From: Ginglymostoma cirratum
Taxonomy: Eukaryota
Reading direction: 5' to 3'
Length of the DNA: 64,000 nucleotides
Assembly (NCBI GenBank): GCA_024137785.1
Contig: JAHRHZ010000267.1
Span: 23,695,261-23,759,260 of the forward strand
Below the pieces are notes generated by a model, which was given only the letters and a program-made list of their open reading frames with translations, made no database searches and was not told the DNA's origin. Made by a program: the position numbers and the translations under genes. The first letter of the stretch is position 1; every line of letters starts with the position of its first letter. This document shows positions 52,201 through 64,000 of the stretch, piece after piece.

Positions 52201-53854
52201 TAATATAAATCTATGATTTGCATCACCTCCAATAACAAAGAACCCATTTATGGTATACAGCATGCCTTGAGCAACAGTTGGCAATAGGTTGACAACTATA
52301 TGTAATGTTTACATTTGTTAAATGCCAGGTAATGGTATCTTCAAAAAGAGAGAGACTAATCTCCCCTACTCCCTAATTTTAAAGAGATTTCCACTCTTGT
52401 CATCCTGCAATACTAACTCATACCCTGATTCCTTAACACTTTTTTACTGCTTACAGGGCTCAAATCAGGAGCCTTACGGAGGATTCACTATTTGTCTCTT
52501 GTCTGGATGAGTTCAGCTGTAAAGACATTCAGGAAGATCAACAGCAACTGTTTAGTTGGTGTCATGATCAAAGGACTCCATATCATTTCACTTCACCATC
52601 TCACTCTTTACTGTAATATCCTTGATCTGTAGGATTTATTGTAGCTCATTGTCACAATATGGTGAATAGTGCATTGTATGGTGGTATTTTCAGATGTCAT
52701 TACTCTAAAATGACATGAATGATATACTCCTTGTCTGTTCCCACTGTCTTTCTGCTATTGTAGGTAAATGGGTCATTTCATGCAACTGAACATGGATTCA
52801 TTGTTTGAGCATGCATGAGGTAAATGAATACCAAAGCTGAAACTGAAATTCACTGGAATTTCACTGACAACAAAGGAGGAAAGAAGAACATTTTTATAAT
52901 GTATCCAAATGTAGAATAGTAAATCTATATTGAACTAATAATTTCATTCATTAACCTGATACTCAGGGTTAAAGAAGATTGTTGATAATGCTAAGTGTTG
53001 AATTACTTTGTACAATTTAGCAGTTACTTGAGATTGTTTGTTTGAAATTGTGTTTCTAGGGTTTATACTTCCAGTTATTCTTAGTAAACAGCCTGTCTAG
53101 TTGCCTTGAAAGGTAAATAAGTTGCTCTGGGCTCAGCCTGTCTCAGCAGAGGTTTTCTTTCCTCCCAGTGGCAAAGTGCTGACTAGTTTGGTTGCTCTGT
53201 AATTCTGCAGTAAACCTTTAAACGATGTGTCATATGAGATTGCTCGTCCAGTTTATTGCATAACACAGTCATCCCTATGGAGATGAGTGCTGACGGATTG
53301 CAGTCAGTGATGTTGTAACATAACACAACTTCTGGCTAATGTTCCCCTTGTTCATAGGACAAATTTGCAATATTCAAACTCATTGAGTTTGACGAATGTA
53401 TTGAAGGGGTGGCATTTGATTTATCTTGCCCTACAAGTGCCATCTGTTCAACATCACTGCAGTTAGTTTTTGACAATTTGTACATTGTAATACAGATTTA
53501 CACTGTACTAAAAGCACATAATATGCCCCAGCTCTGGGTGTAACAATTAAAGGCCAGTTTCAGTGATAGCTGAGCTATTTCCTCTGTCAGCAATGACACA
53601 GCACAATTGCTTGGACTGATTTTCTCACCTTCTCTAACACCAGTTTTTACTGATCTCTCTTTTAAAGGCTTTACCTCATTAAAACATAGTAGTGGAAGTA
53701 TACAATGCAGCTTCACAGAAACTTCTGCCCTCTTGTGAGCTTTGTGGTGGGAAGGGCATTTAATTAGATGGGATATCTGATACCTTCACCAGAATCATGT
53801 CAGACTTCCTGCTCTGCCACCAGTTGAGGGCCTTAAATGACCAATTAATGTTGC

Positions 53855-54070
53855 ATCAGTTGGCCAGACAACAGGTTTGTGATACAGAGTGATGCCAGCA
53901 GCATAGGTTCAATTCCTACACCAGCTAAGGTTACCATGAAGGATTCTCCTTCTCAACCTATCCCCTCGCCTGAGGCATGGTGACTCTCGGGTTAAACTAC
54001 CACCAGTTATCCCTCTGTAAGGAGAGAGCAGCCCTATGGCTTGTGGGTCAATAGCAACTTTACCTTTTTA
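53855..54070 (+). mobile_element. tRNA-derived SINE (~210 bp family)
   Basis: Matches 12070-12280. Confidence 0.7.
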
Positions 54071-54434
54071 AGGAGCACATGAGGACCTTATCCCATCACC
54101 CGTAGGATTAACCCAACTGAGATGGGCCAGTGGCCACGTGACATGAGCAAAAGGCAAAATTGTGCAGCCAGCTTACCATTTCCCAATGGGACCATCAATG
54201 AAAGGCACCCAATGCATGACTGAGAAATTAAATGTCAGGAAAGGAGGACCTGTTGAGTGCCATCACCTTGTTGGTCCTGTCAACCCCCTACAGCCCTCTG
54301 TCAGAATTACCAGCCTGTGAGACCCTTCCCAATATTACTTGTGTGTGGCCTGTGTCACTAGTCGATCCTTAAGTCTTGTGCCTGTTGTTCTGGCAGCAGG
54401 CAGGTTTTCAGATATGATAACCAGCAGCAAGGCA

Positions 54435-54975
54435 CATAGAACAATACAGCACAGTACAAGCCCTTCGGCCCACGATGTTGTGCTGACCTATTATCCTACT
54501 AAAATCAATCTACCCTGCATACCCTACATTTTACTATCCTCCATGTGTCTATCCAAGAGTCACGTAAAAGTCTCTAAAGTATCTGACTCCACTACCACTG
54601 CCGGCAGCTCATTCCACACGCCCACCATCCTCTGTGTAAATAGCCTCCCTCTGACACCTCCCTTATGCCTTCCTCCAATCACTTTAAAATTATGCCCCCT
54701 TGTAATAGTCATTTCTGCCCTGGGAAAAGTCTCTGACTATATGCTGTATCTATGCCTCATCATCTTGTAAACCTCTTTCAAGTCACCTCTCATCCTTCTT
54801 CGCTCCAACGAAAAAAGCCCTAACTCCCTCAACCTTTCCTCATAAGACCTGCCCTCCAATCCAGGCAGCATCCTGGTAAATCTCCTCTGCACCCTCCCCC
54901 TCTCTAAAGCTTCCACATCTTTCCTATAATGAGGTGACCAGAACTGAACGAAATATTCCAAGTGTGGTCTAACAT
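54435..54975 (-). mobile_element. CR1 LINE 3' fragment
   Basis: [25 protein letters not shown]...RRRMRGDL. Confidence 0.9.
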
Positions 54976-57661
54976 CTTGATGTATCTTGCAGTTCCTCAA
55001 GACTATTGTGATTTGAAGATGCAGAATTTCAGAGATTCCCATGTGTAACTCCTTGTACTTGTTCAATTGGGTCTGGTGAAGCTGCTTCCCTCACCACCAC
55101 CAACACACCACCCGCGTCGGGGGGGGGGCGGGGGCCAAACACACACACACTCTCACAGAGTTTTACTTCTGCTCCCCATCACTTCCTATAATACAGGGAA
55201 GACCGGTTCCTTGGAGACTTCTAATCTCTTCTCCCTGGATCTCAGCAGCAGCTCTTTTTTTGTTATGTGACCTCCTGTGAGAGGTACTAGGAATTGCACT
55301 CTCTCCATGGGTTTCCATTTGATTTTGTCCATTCTCAACTCTTAGCCTCATAGTGATTTGAAGCCACATGGATATTTTGGAACTGAGATGTTTACCAGAA
55401 ATTCACCACACCCTATCAGAACTATTTGTTTCACTTTGAGCTAATGGTACCTTTTAAAAGATAATCATCTTGCAAAGGGTCAGTGTTAATTACAGGAGTG
55501 AGATAAGTGTTACAGTTTGAAGTATTTGTGTATCAGAATGTCAGGGAGTGTTATAGAGAACACTTTGAATTTATCAGAGGGTGTTACAATCAGAGATGCA
55601 AGTATATCAGCAAGCTACGAGAGATAATTTGGACAGCTGATGAATATACTCCATTAAAAATTTTGCAGATGACTTCGTATCCATGTAATACCTCACTCAA
55701 GCAAAGAGGTCAAATACCGTCTTTGCGAGTTCAAAAATGAAACACATCGCCTTAAAGCTGCATCGATGATCCAGATTTTTTGATTACCTTTGGAACTGTG
55801 ATGTGGAGGTGCTGGTGTTAGCCTGGGTTGGACAAGGTCAAAAATCACACAACACTACGATATAGGCCTACAAGTTTATCTGAAAACAGTGGATAAGAGG
55901 GAAGGGTGGGTTGGAGGTGCCAGGTGCCTGAGGGAGCAGGGGAAGCAGATCATATGTCCATGAGAGGGTTATTCTTTGGCCAAGGATCAGGTCTCTGTGG
56001 CAATGAGGTAGAACAATTGGTCGATTAGTTTCATATTTAACCAGGAGTTGGAGTAGGTTTCAGTCCCTCTCAACTTTTTCTGGCTGATTATTTAAAGTAA
56101 GTAAGTCAATAAGTACTCAGAAAACTCAGAATTGCAGATTTTTCCAAAGGATTCCAGATGCTCAGTAACTGCCCATTGGAAGTTTTTAAACTTCTCAGTG
56201 TTATAATCGCAGCTGATATTATTACTGGACAGGTCAGACTGAAATCTGGCTTAATAGGTCATTTTTTCTAATATTTAATGAGGTTGCCTTTCATTGATCC
56301 ACAAACAGACAATGCTGCAGATTTGGTTTTAACAATAACATGTAGTTTATTATGCAAAATCCATGAAGGTAAAATTGAATAAGCTGAGCTATTTACACAT
56401 AATGCAATATGAAAACTTCCAAAATACATAAAATACAATCCCATCTATCCTAAGATCATCACTTCGCAGTACTCGAATATCAAAGAGAGTTCAGCTCTCT
56501 ATCGTAAGGTTTAACTTAAATGTTTTTCTTTCAATTCCAGTCTTGAATTTAGTTGCCTGTTATTTGATTTTAGTTACATAACTGAAGTTAGACTTCCTCA
56601 ATTTGAAATAACTCATTCAGGGCTCTAACCAAACACTTCTGAAATGGAGCTTTCAATTAAAACCCTTACACAGAGATAATCTATTTCTTGACAGTTCTAA
56701 GCTGTTTCTCTTCTTCACGAGAGACTGTTTGTCATTTATCTGACTTCCAGCAGGAATTATGCAAACTAAAACCAAAAGCTTCCAAGTTTTTGGTTTTCCC
56801 CCAGGCAAATGAAAAAAACTCTGATCCTTCTAAACTAAAAACAAATTAATACTCAGTGTTTACTCTGCCAACTAGTAAAACTCTCCCAATGCAAACAAAT
56901 TCCCATTATCAACCTGGGGACTTCCTCTCTCGTACTGGTTTATAAAAATCATGGCTCAAGAGGTACTGACAAGTTAATCAGTTAATGCTCTCATGCACAT
57001 GGATCCAAACCTACATGCTACTCATTCAAAATCCTTATGTAAATCAGATACTTAATTGCACCTGGCCATTAGTGTGTAGTCAATGCTTTGGGACCTCATG
57101 GGGCTTCTGAGAGGTCCCAGTGCTCATCTTTCAGGGTATGGTCCTGTCTCTGACTATCTAGAGACCAGAAAATATTGACCTAAATATGGTTGTCTACAAT
57201 GCATCTATGTATGGGTGTGTAGAATGGACTCCACACAAGCCGTTGAATTGAAACCACATTTGTGTAATAAGTGAAGCAACATACTAGTGTCATGAATGTT
57301 GAGTCTCTGAAACAAAACAATGCTACACTAAAACATGGATGTTGCTATATTTGCATAGTGACAGGTCTAAGAAACTTCAATCCTCTAATTTTTCTCTTTG
57401 AAATTTTAGTGTTTTGTCGGTTTCATTGCATAGTCGTGCTGACTCCTAACAGATAACCAATGACAGGCTGAAATTCCAACTGTAGTTTATCTATTGCATG
57501 GTGTCTCACTGCAATGATCAATGGATTGGTGCTTAGATACTAAAGCTTTGACCTATTTTCAGTCTTTGTCAGAGATGCACAACAAGTGAAGGATCATATG
57601 TGTGTTAAAGCCACGTAGTGATGTTTCTTTAATGAGTGACTTCTTTTTGGTTACTTTTCAG

Positions 57662-57736
57662 TTATTTGAGAAGATCAACATAACAATGGCCTCAAACATC
57701 AGCCCCTTGCTCACTAATGGAGTACACAATAAAGAG
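57662..57736 (+). pseudogene. CASK-like L27-region exon (relic or cassette exon) in MPP1 intron 1
   Basis: Good acceptor ttctttttggttacttttcag|, open 75 nt, phase 0/0, weak donor gttttt. LFEKINITMASNISPLLTNGVHNKE versus recalled CASK exon [26 protein letters not shown]. Confidence 0.6.
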
Positions 57737-60700
57737 GTTTTTATGTTTCACTGAAGTTGTTTTACAAATGTGGTTTACCTGACAGTGCCTGACATTATGA
57801 AATGTTGGTGTTCCACTATGCACAGCTTTGGTGTACAGCTTTGCAAGCTCTTGAGAACTGCACTAATCATATTTCCATCAGGCCCCATTTTGTGTATTTA
57901 CAGGGAAAGGAATTAGATGTGCCTGAAAGATCTAATGTTAAAAAAACGGCAGAGGTTTGGCAGTAAAAGCATTGCTTGGTATTGAACAGTGTTAGTTGAA
58001 CTCACAAGTTGAGATGATATCATTGACTTTGGTGCTCATAAGTTAGAAAGGAAGAAATCATCCATGTAGGGTCATTTGTAAGCTGACCCTCCCAGCAAAA
58101 ACTGACCAGAGCAGACCAGCCACTTGTTTCTCCAGCTACCTGATTCTACAAAAATGAGAAGTAAACTCTACTGAGTAATTAATCTCCTCTGAGGAAAGGT
58201 TAGGTTAAACCCCAGGGTTCCTGCTCCTGGTCATTTTCCAGTGACTGTTGCCAAAAAGCATGTGTGTATGTCAAGTAATGGTAAGATTTGAGGCAACTAT
58301 AATACCATGCATGGAGAAAAATTACCTTCTGGCACTTGCAATCCATGATGGTACATGAAGAATTGACATTTGCGCTGTGTATTGGAGGATAGACTGAGCT
58401 TGTGTTGTATCCTACCCTAAGTCAGTGTCTTTATGAAGGAAGGGGTGGGGGGGGCGGGGTGCAGGGGATTGACCATCAACAATGCTTACACATGATAGTG
58501 AACAAATGAAAATCACACCTGGCAGAGATGTATGAAAGTTTTCCTGCTAATTCTGAAGGCCAAACTTTGGGAACGAGGTGCACAGTAACACCTCTTTCAA
58601 GTGTTTCTTCAGGTAGTGAGTAGCAATTTATTGGGACCTAGCATAAGTGAGCTTTTCCTGGTTAAAGAATCATTTCCAACTCCCAGACTGTATTATGTGA
58701 TGACTCCTTCACTGGTCGGCTGACACAGATTGTCAAACTGTCATGTAAACCACAGGCTACAAATGCTTCACTATCAATTTCAAATCAGAAATATCCTTCA
58801 CTCTAATGAAATTTGATTGTGATCAATTTGCAATGTCATTGATATTTCAACATAAATTCAGAAAAAGAAATTTGAATCAGAGTTTGCAGTGGTGGCTTGA
58901 TAATCAGACCTTGTTTGAGGGTGATGCCCAAGAAGCATAATCCCTGCACCATCATAAACACAAAATCTCTAAAATATACATAATGGGAATATTTTGCAAA
59001 ATCCTTTCCACTAATACAAAATGCAGACGCCTTTCTCCAGTCCTATTTAAATACCCGCTGATTTATTGGGAGCAAGCATAGCTGAGTATGGAACTGCATC
59101 ATAAAACCAGCCTCAATTCAAAATAGTATAATCTCAGCTGAGGCAGCAGCTAGACTGCTACAATTGACCTCCATGCCAGTGGGGTGTAGAGGAAGAGGAG
59201 GTACAATCAGTGATTCAATAATTCCCGTTGGCAGGTTTACGACTAGATAAAGACAGTTTGGGTTCAACCATACGTCTCGATGAAAGAACTTCTGACAGTA
59301 TCTAGGATGATGCATGAAACATGACTCTCGTGAAATAGTTTTCATTCCAGTAAGAGTCAAGAAAGATATAAGCAGAGACAAAAGAGGGAAAATATTTTCT
59401 TTTCTACATCTGATATCTGTGGGATCTCAGAGTAGCTTCACCAGAATATTCAATTTAAACCTTAGGGCTCATTCTGGTTCCCTACAAGGGGTTGAACTGG
59501 CTGTATTACCACCTTCAGTTAGTGATGGTCAGAATAACAAGCCACCCTGTCATATTAACATGTTAATGATCTGATCTGCATGGGACTGCATGAGCCTCTG
59601 ATTTTGATCACTGCAATTTTAGGTGACTGGGCCTAGGGACTGGACAATGTAATGAGTTGTAACTGTGTCCTTCCACCTCTGGACTGCCTCGATGGAGCAA
59701 TTTGTATGAACCCTCACAAACAGAGTTCCAGCAGTCTATTTGGATTAGACTAATAGTAAACGGTGATTTCTACTTCCTGAAGGTGGAGAAATGCCTGATA
59801 AATAAACCTGATTGAAGCCCCTTTGACTCTGAAATACAGTTTTGGTAACTCAATGTGTAGTGTAGCTGGCACATTAGAAGGTACATTGTACAACGATACT
59901 ATGTGCAGTATTCTGAGAATTGTTTACAATAAACATTTTAAAATGCCACTTAAATATGAACAGACAAATGCTTAACATGCTACTGACATTACTATATATG
60001 TCATTTTAAAACAGCTAACCTAGTTAAAATAAAGGATACATTTAAGCTTTGTTGTCTTCTCTCTTCAAGCTCTGATTTATTCTGAACGGATCTTTTCTGT
60101 TATCTATTGTGCTGTCAGATAGCAACTCTCCAAATTATCAGGCCTGGGCTAGTATTCTGGCTGAAGCTTGGCTTACCTTAACGGAGTGACTATTGGGAGG
60201 ATAAAGGGGGAAACAGTTGCTTCACCTGTACCGGCTGTTTTCCCAAAGGGCTGTCCAGAACTAGGATCAACTCCTCACCTCATCTGAAACCAGTTTTGAC
60301 TGTTTACTCATGACATCTGAAAACTTGTCCCAGGATCCTAATGAAACGGAAAACTTCCTATGATGAGTTGTTGGTGAATGGGAATGTAGTCATGCCTATC
60401 AATGTGGTTCATGGCTGGTGTAGATCAAAACTCAACATTTGACCAGTTTTTGTAATGCAGTCAGAATCTGTAGGTGCTTTTCTACTACTTTTGGTACTAA
60501 TGATGGTATTTAAGAATGAAAAGGTTTCAATCGCCAACTATATTTCATAGCAACACAACTGCTAACTAAAGATAACAGACAGAAATACTGCACAGTGTAA
60601 TGTTCAGAGAGGAGGCTTTGCACACAATACCATCTGATAAGATATGATTGACTTTGACCTGTTATTAAACTTGGCATGTCATTGCATGAGCCTACTGATA

Positions 60701-61034
60701 GCTCCATTCAACATGTAAACGTTTTTTTGTTTAAATAGATAAATAAAAGGACCAATGTATTTGGGTAACAGTTTGAATTGCCACATAAATATGTTCTCTT
60801 TCTAATAATCTAGACAAAAGGAATACCCAAATACACTGGGGGATGGAGGCCTATACATGGTGAAAAATTATGGAGAGAAAGTTTGAAAGGATTTTTGATT
60901 TGAAAAATTCTGACGTAAATAGGAAATGGGGTTCCTATTTTAAGCCTTTTGCTAGGGAAAAAAGATGCCTTTGCATGTGGGAAAATTTATGTTCAGTGGT
61001 GCATGTATTTTTAATGGTATTTTTATTTTCTTAG

Positions 61035-61190
61035 GGTTATATGTTGACATGCAATGCTGCCCAGGACGTCTACAGCAATGGCAGTGCTAACTCCTCTCCT
61101 TACATGAATGGTAGCAGTAAAGAGCATGAGGCACAGAATGTCAAGAAAATCCAATTGGTTACATTTCAGAAAAGTACAACTGAACCCATG
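61035..61190 (+). CDS. MPP1: MPP1 coding exon 2 (linker and start of PDZ domain)
   Basis: Acceptor ttttattttcttag|, 156 nt, phase 0/0, donor |gtatgt. GYMLTCNAAQDVYSNGSANSSPYMNGSSKEHEAQNVKKIQLVTFQKSTTEPM resembles p55 EDMYTNGS...VRKVRLIQFEKVTEEPM. Confidence 0.93.
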
Positions 61191-61849
61191 GTATGTCAGC
61201 TTTCTTGGAAGGAAGTTCATTTTATTTCCCTTTTAAATTTCAAATACGTAGCCTAACTTTAACACAGAGATCCCCTGCTAAAGGGGAACAAATTCCCGCC
61301 ACAACTGTCACTAACTATCAGCTTCTGCACCCCTCCACGCCCCATTTACCTGTCGAACAGTGTCGTGAGTAAGCAAAACATTTTGCATTTTAGAAAGATA
61401 ACATGAGGCTCATTCAGCCCTGCCAGATATTCACGTTTTAGTACCTGACCCCATCCCCTTCCTATACCTCCTGGCAATACAGTTCAGTGTCTTGCTTAAC
61501 CAAGTACTGTTGGTGCCCTTATCTCCAAATTCGTCCACAGACTTCCTCATAATGATTTTCTACAGCTTTGCGTTCTCACTTTCGCCATCTACTTTTTCAG
61601 CATCGACTTCACGGGCAGTTCATCCTCTTTCTGATTACCATCAATTTCCAGAGTCTTCGGACATTTTCTATATTCTGGAATTTGGCCCTTAACTGCCTTC
61701 ATTTCTTTTCCATCTTGAATATTGAATCTCTTCCGGGTCTTGTTCAGTGATGGCTACCAATTGTAAAGTGCTTAGGAATGTTTCGCTTTGATAAAGACCT
61801 TCTATAGATGTCACTTTGTTATTATTCACACACTGACTCTCCCCATGGG

Positions 61850-62217
61850 GAGGTGGTGGAATAGGAATAATATCACTGCTCCAGTAACCCAGAGGCTTAA
61901 GCTAATACCTTGGGGGTAGAAGCTCAAATCCCATGGCAGATGGTGGAACTTTAATTCAATTAGTAAATCTGGAACGTCAGGATAATTTCAGGAATGATGA
62001 CTATGAAACTATCAGTGTTATAAAATCCCATCTGGTTCACGAGTGTCCTTTAGGGAAGAAACCCTGCTGTCCTTTGCTATTCTAGCCTACCTGTGACTCT
62101 AGACTCATAGCATTGTGGTTGACTTTTATTTGTCCTCTGAAACAAGCTAACAAGCCACACTGTTCTATGGCAAATTGGGGTGAGCAACAAATGCTGGGCT
62201 TGCCAAGCACGGAATAA
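61850..62217 (+). mobile_element. Full-length tRNA-headed SINE (~370 bp)
   Basis: Head and body match 9130-9460. Tail matches the LINE 3' end at about 7000-7040. Confidence 0.75.
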
Positions 62218-63539
62218 AGTGGCCTTGCTTCATTTGAAAGCATTGGTAGTAATAGATAGACAAGTGACCCTGGGTGGGGTTCAGCCTGATTGAGAACACA
62301 ATGGTAAGCTACCTGTAAGAATCCAAGGCAGTGATCCAGAACTGTTAACCCTGTACAAGTCAAAAGGGCACTGAGGTCCCACCAGTTAAAGTGACAAAAT
62401 TCAGATCTGGAACTTTATTGTGTGTGGTTCTTATGTGGACTGCTTTCACCAACTGAGTCATCAGGAGACCCTGTTCAGCTCCTTACGCAATGAAGCTGAA
62501 ACTGAACTGATTGTTGTAAGAGACTTTATTCAACTGGCTAAAAAAGAGAGAGCTGCCAATCACAACATAACTATCGACCACATAACTATCAATACCTCCC
62601 TGGTTCTTCAATTCATTGTACTTTCATGCTGTCCACACCAAATATTACATTTTCATTCACTATTTTAGAGATTATTCATGTGATTCTTTCTGGAAATTTA
62701 ATTGATTATAAAATATTAGCCTTGAGGTGCAGCAAGATATGGTCATTAAAGCTTGGGTGGTTTGCACTGATCAGTGTGGGAGGAGGCTGGACTTTGGGTT
62801 GGGAGATAAAGGGTGAGCTTCATGGATGATGAGTTAATTAAGGGGGTTGGAGGGGTCAGTTGGGTAAGCTATCTGACATTGGAGGGAGATTGGGAGGGTG
62901 TGAGGGGAAATCTAGGGCTTGTGTAATAGGATCATAGACTTGAAGAGAAGGTTTGCAGTCCCTAGAGAAAGGGGAATTGATGTTTGGAGGCTGGGGCAGT
63001 GGAACAGATGGCAAATAGTTGGGGAAATTGTAATGGAGAAAGGTCACGGTGTGGGTGCAGATTCTGAAACCACAGGCTACTCATGCAGGAAGGCAACGGT
63101 GTCCAAGAGGTAGATTGAAAGGCACTCGCGTTTTGAGTCATCAGCCAGGTAAAGCTGCCGGGATTCCTGAAATTCGCAAAATCCGAATGACCAAAGCTAA
63201 GGTTAAAAACCTGAACTCCAGTGGGACTAGCAGCCTCATGATCATATTTGAAATTGTAACTTGTGCCATCCACTCACCTTGCTACCTCAGTTATAGCCAG
63301 AAATGGGTGAGATAGAGGTGAGTTTTGGTCGGGTAACACATTTTTGAAAATTGAACCCTTTACCTGACACAAAGCTATCTTTTTTGTTAGATTGACATTC
63401 AATCTCTTCAAAGGAAGGCAAAGACATGTGGTCTTTAATGTGGTACAAGAATACATGTTGTCTACATTTTTCTGAAAGTTTGCAAATTCACACACTTGCA
63501 ACTTGGAAAGACATTTAATTTCACTTCTTGTATCTGCAG

Positions 63540-63618
63540 GGAATTACTCTGAAACTCAATGACAAGGGGCGCTGTGTTATTGGAAGGATCTTGCATGGAG
63601 GGATGATTCACAGGCAAG
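63540..63618 (+). CDS. MPP1: MPP1 coding exon 3 (PDZ domain)
   Basis: Acceptor ttcttgtatctgcag|, 79 nt, phase 0/1, donor |gtgtga. [26 protein letters not shown](G) is close to p55 [27 protein letters not shown]. Confidence 0.95.
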
Positions 63619-64000
63619 GTGTGAAAGCAAAACAGATGATTCCCTTTCTCCCCCTGACAGACTGTTTCCATCTCTGTCATGTTAATATATTAAAATCTGG
63701 TTGAAATTTTAACATATCACGGTTTTCTCCTCTACCTGTCTTATGTTGCTGTGTCAGAGGCCTCTCAGAACTGGACCAGTCTGCATGAACTTGTTTTAGC
63801 GGTGTAGCTTCATATCCTGATAATGTGGCAGGCAGTTCCACAACCGTGACTGGCATTCACTTACTGAGGTTGGAATCAGAAACCCTGATTGATTTTCCTT
63901 CCATCTGAAGTCAGGCTTATGATTTTTTTTTTAAGAAAAGAAAATCATCTACGATCAGCCTGAGGTGGCTAACCTCGCTTCAGCAGCAACTTCTTCGGGT

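Noticed and set aside
56280-57000. Possible solo LTR (a similar impression at about 36400-36900)
   Set aside because: No clear TG...CA ends, TSD or second copy in the window to support it.
22934-63618. Calling the gene CASK
   Set aside because: Exon 1 has the p55-specific MTLK...LSDLYLE N-terminus, the PDZ residues are closer to p55, and no CaMK-domain exons were found in the window.
1-64000. A novel prokaryote-type system (defence island, operon, retron) suggested by many RT and nuclease fragments
   Set aside because: All RT and endonuclease pieces belong to ordinary eukaryotic retroelements (CR1, RTE, Gypsy, Penelope) and are broken by stops or frameshifts.

Overview
This is vertebrate genomic DNA, not prokaryotic. 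The repeat complement (HE1-type V-SINE, CR1 LINEs with (TTCTATG)/(CTATGACT)-type tails, Penelope-like elements) points to a cartilaginous fish (shark). The one clear host gene is the 5' part of MPP1 (p55 MAGUK) on the + strand: coding exon 1 at 22934-23062, a ~38 kb intron 1, exon 2 at 61035-61190 and exon 3 at 63540-63618, giving the N-terminus plus the first half of the PDZ domain. The gene continues beyond the window. Most of the rest is decayed transposable elements: many CR1 pieces, L2-like and RTE LINE relics, a Gypsy pol relic, a Harbinger relic, a Penelope RT/GIY-YIG element and several tRNA-headed SINE families. Almost all ORF-track entries are spurious or TE fragments. Three observations stand out. 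(1) MPP1 intron 1 appears to hold collinear relics of CASK-type L27-region exons, which canonical MPP1 lacks. (2) Penelope terminal-repeat copies carry minimal hammerhead-ribozyme motifs, some with clean target-site duplications. (3) One SINE looks like the joined 5' and 3' ends of a tRNA-headed LINE. All homology calls rest on reference sequences recalled from memory, not on searches. TE boundaries are approximate unless stated otherwise.
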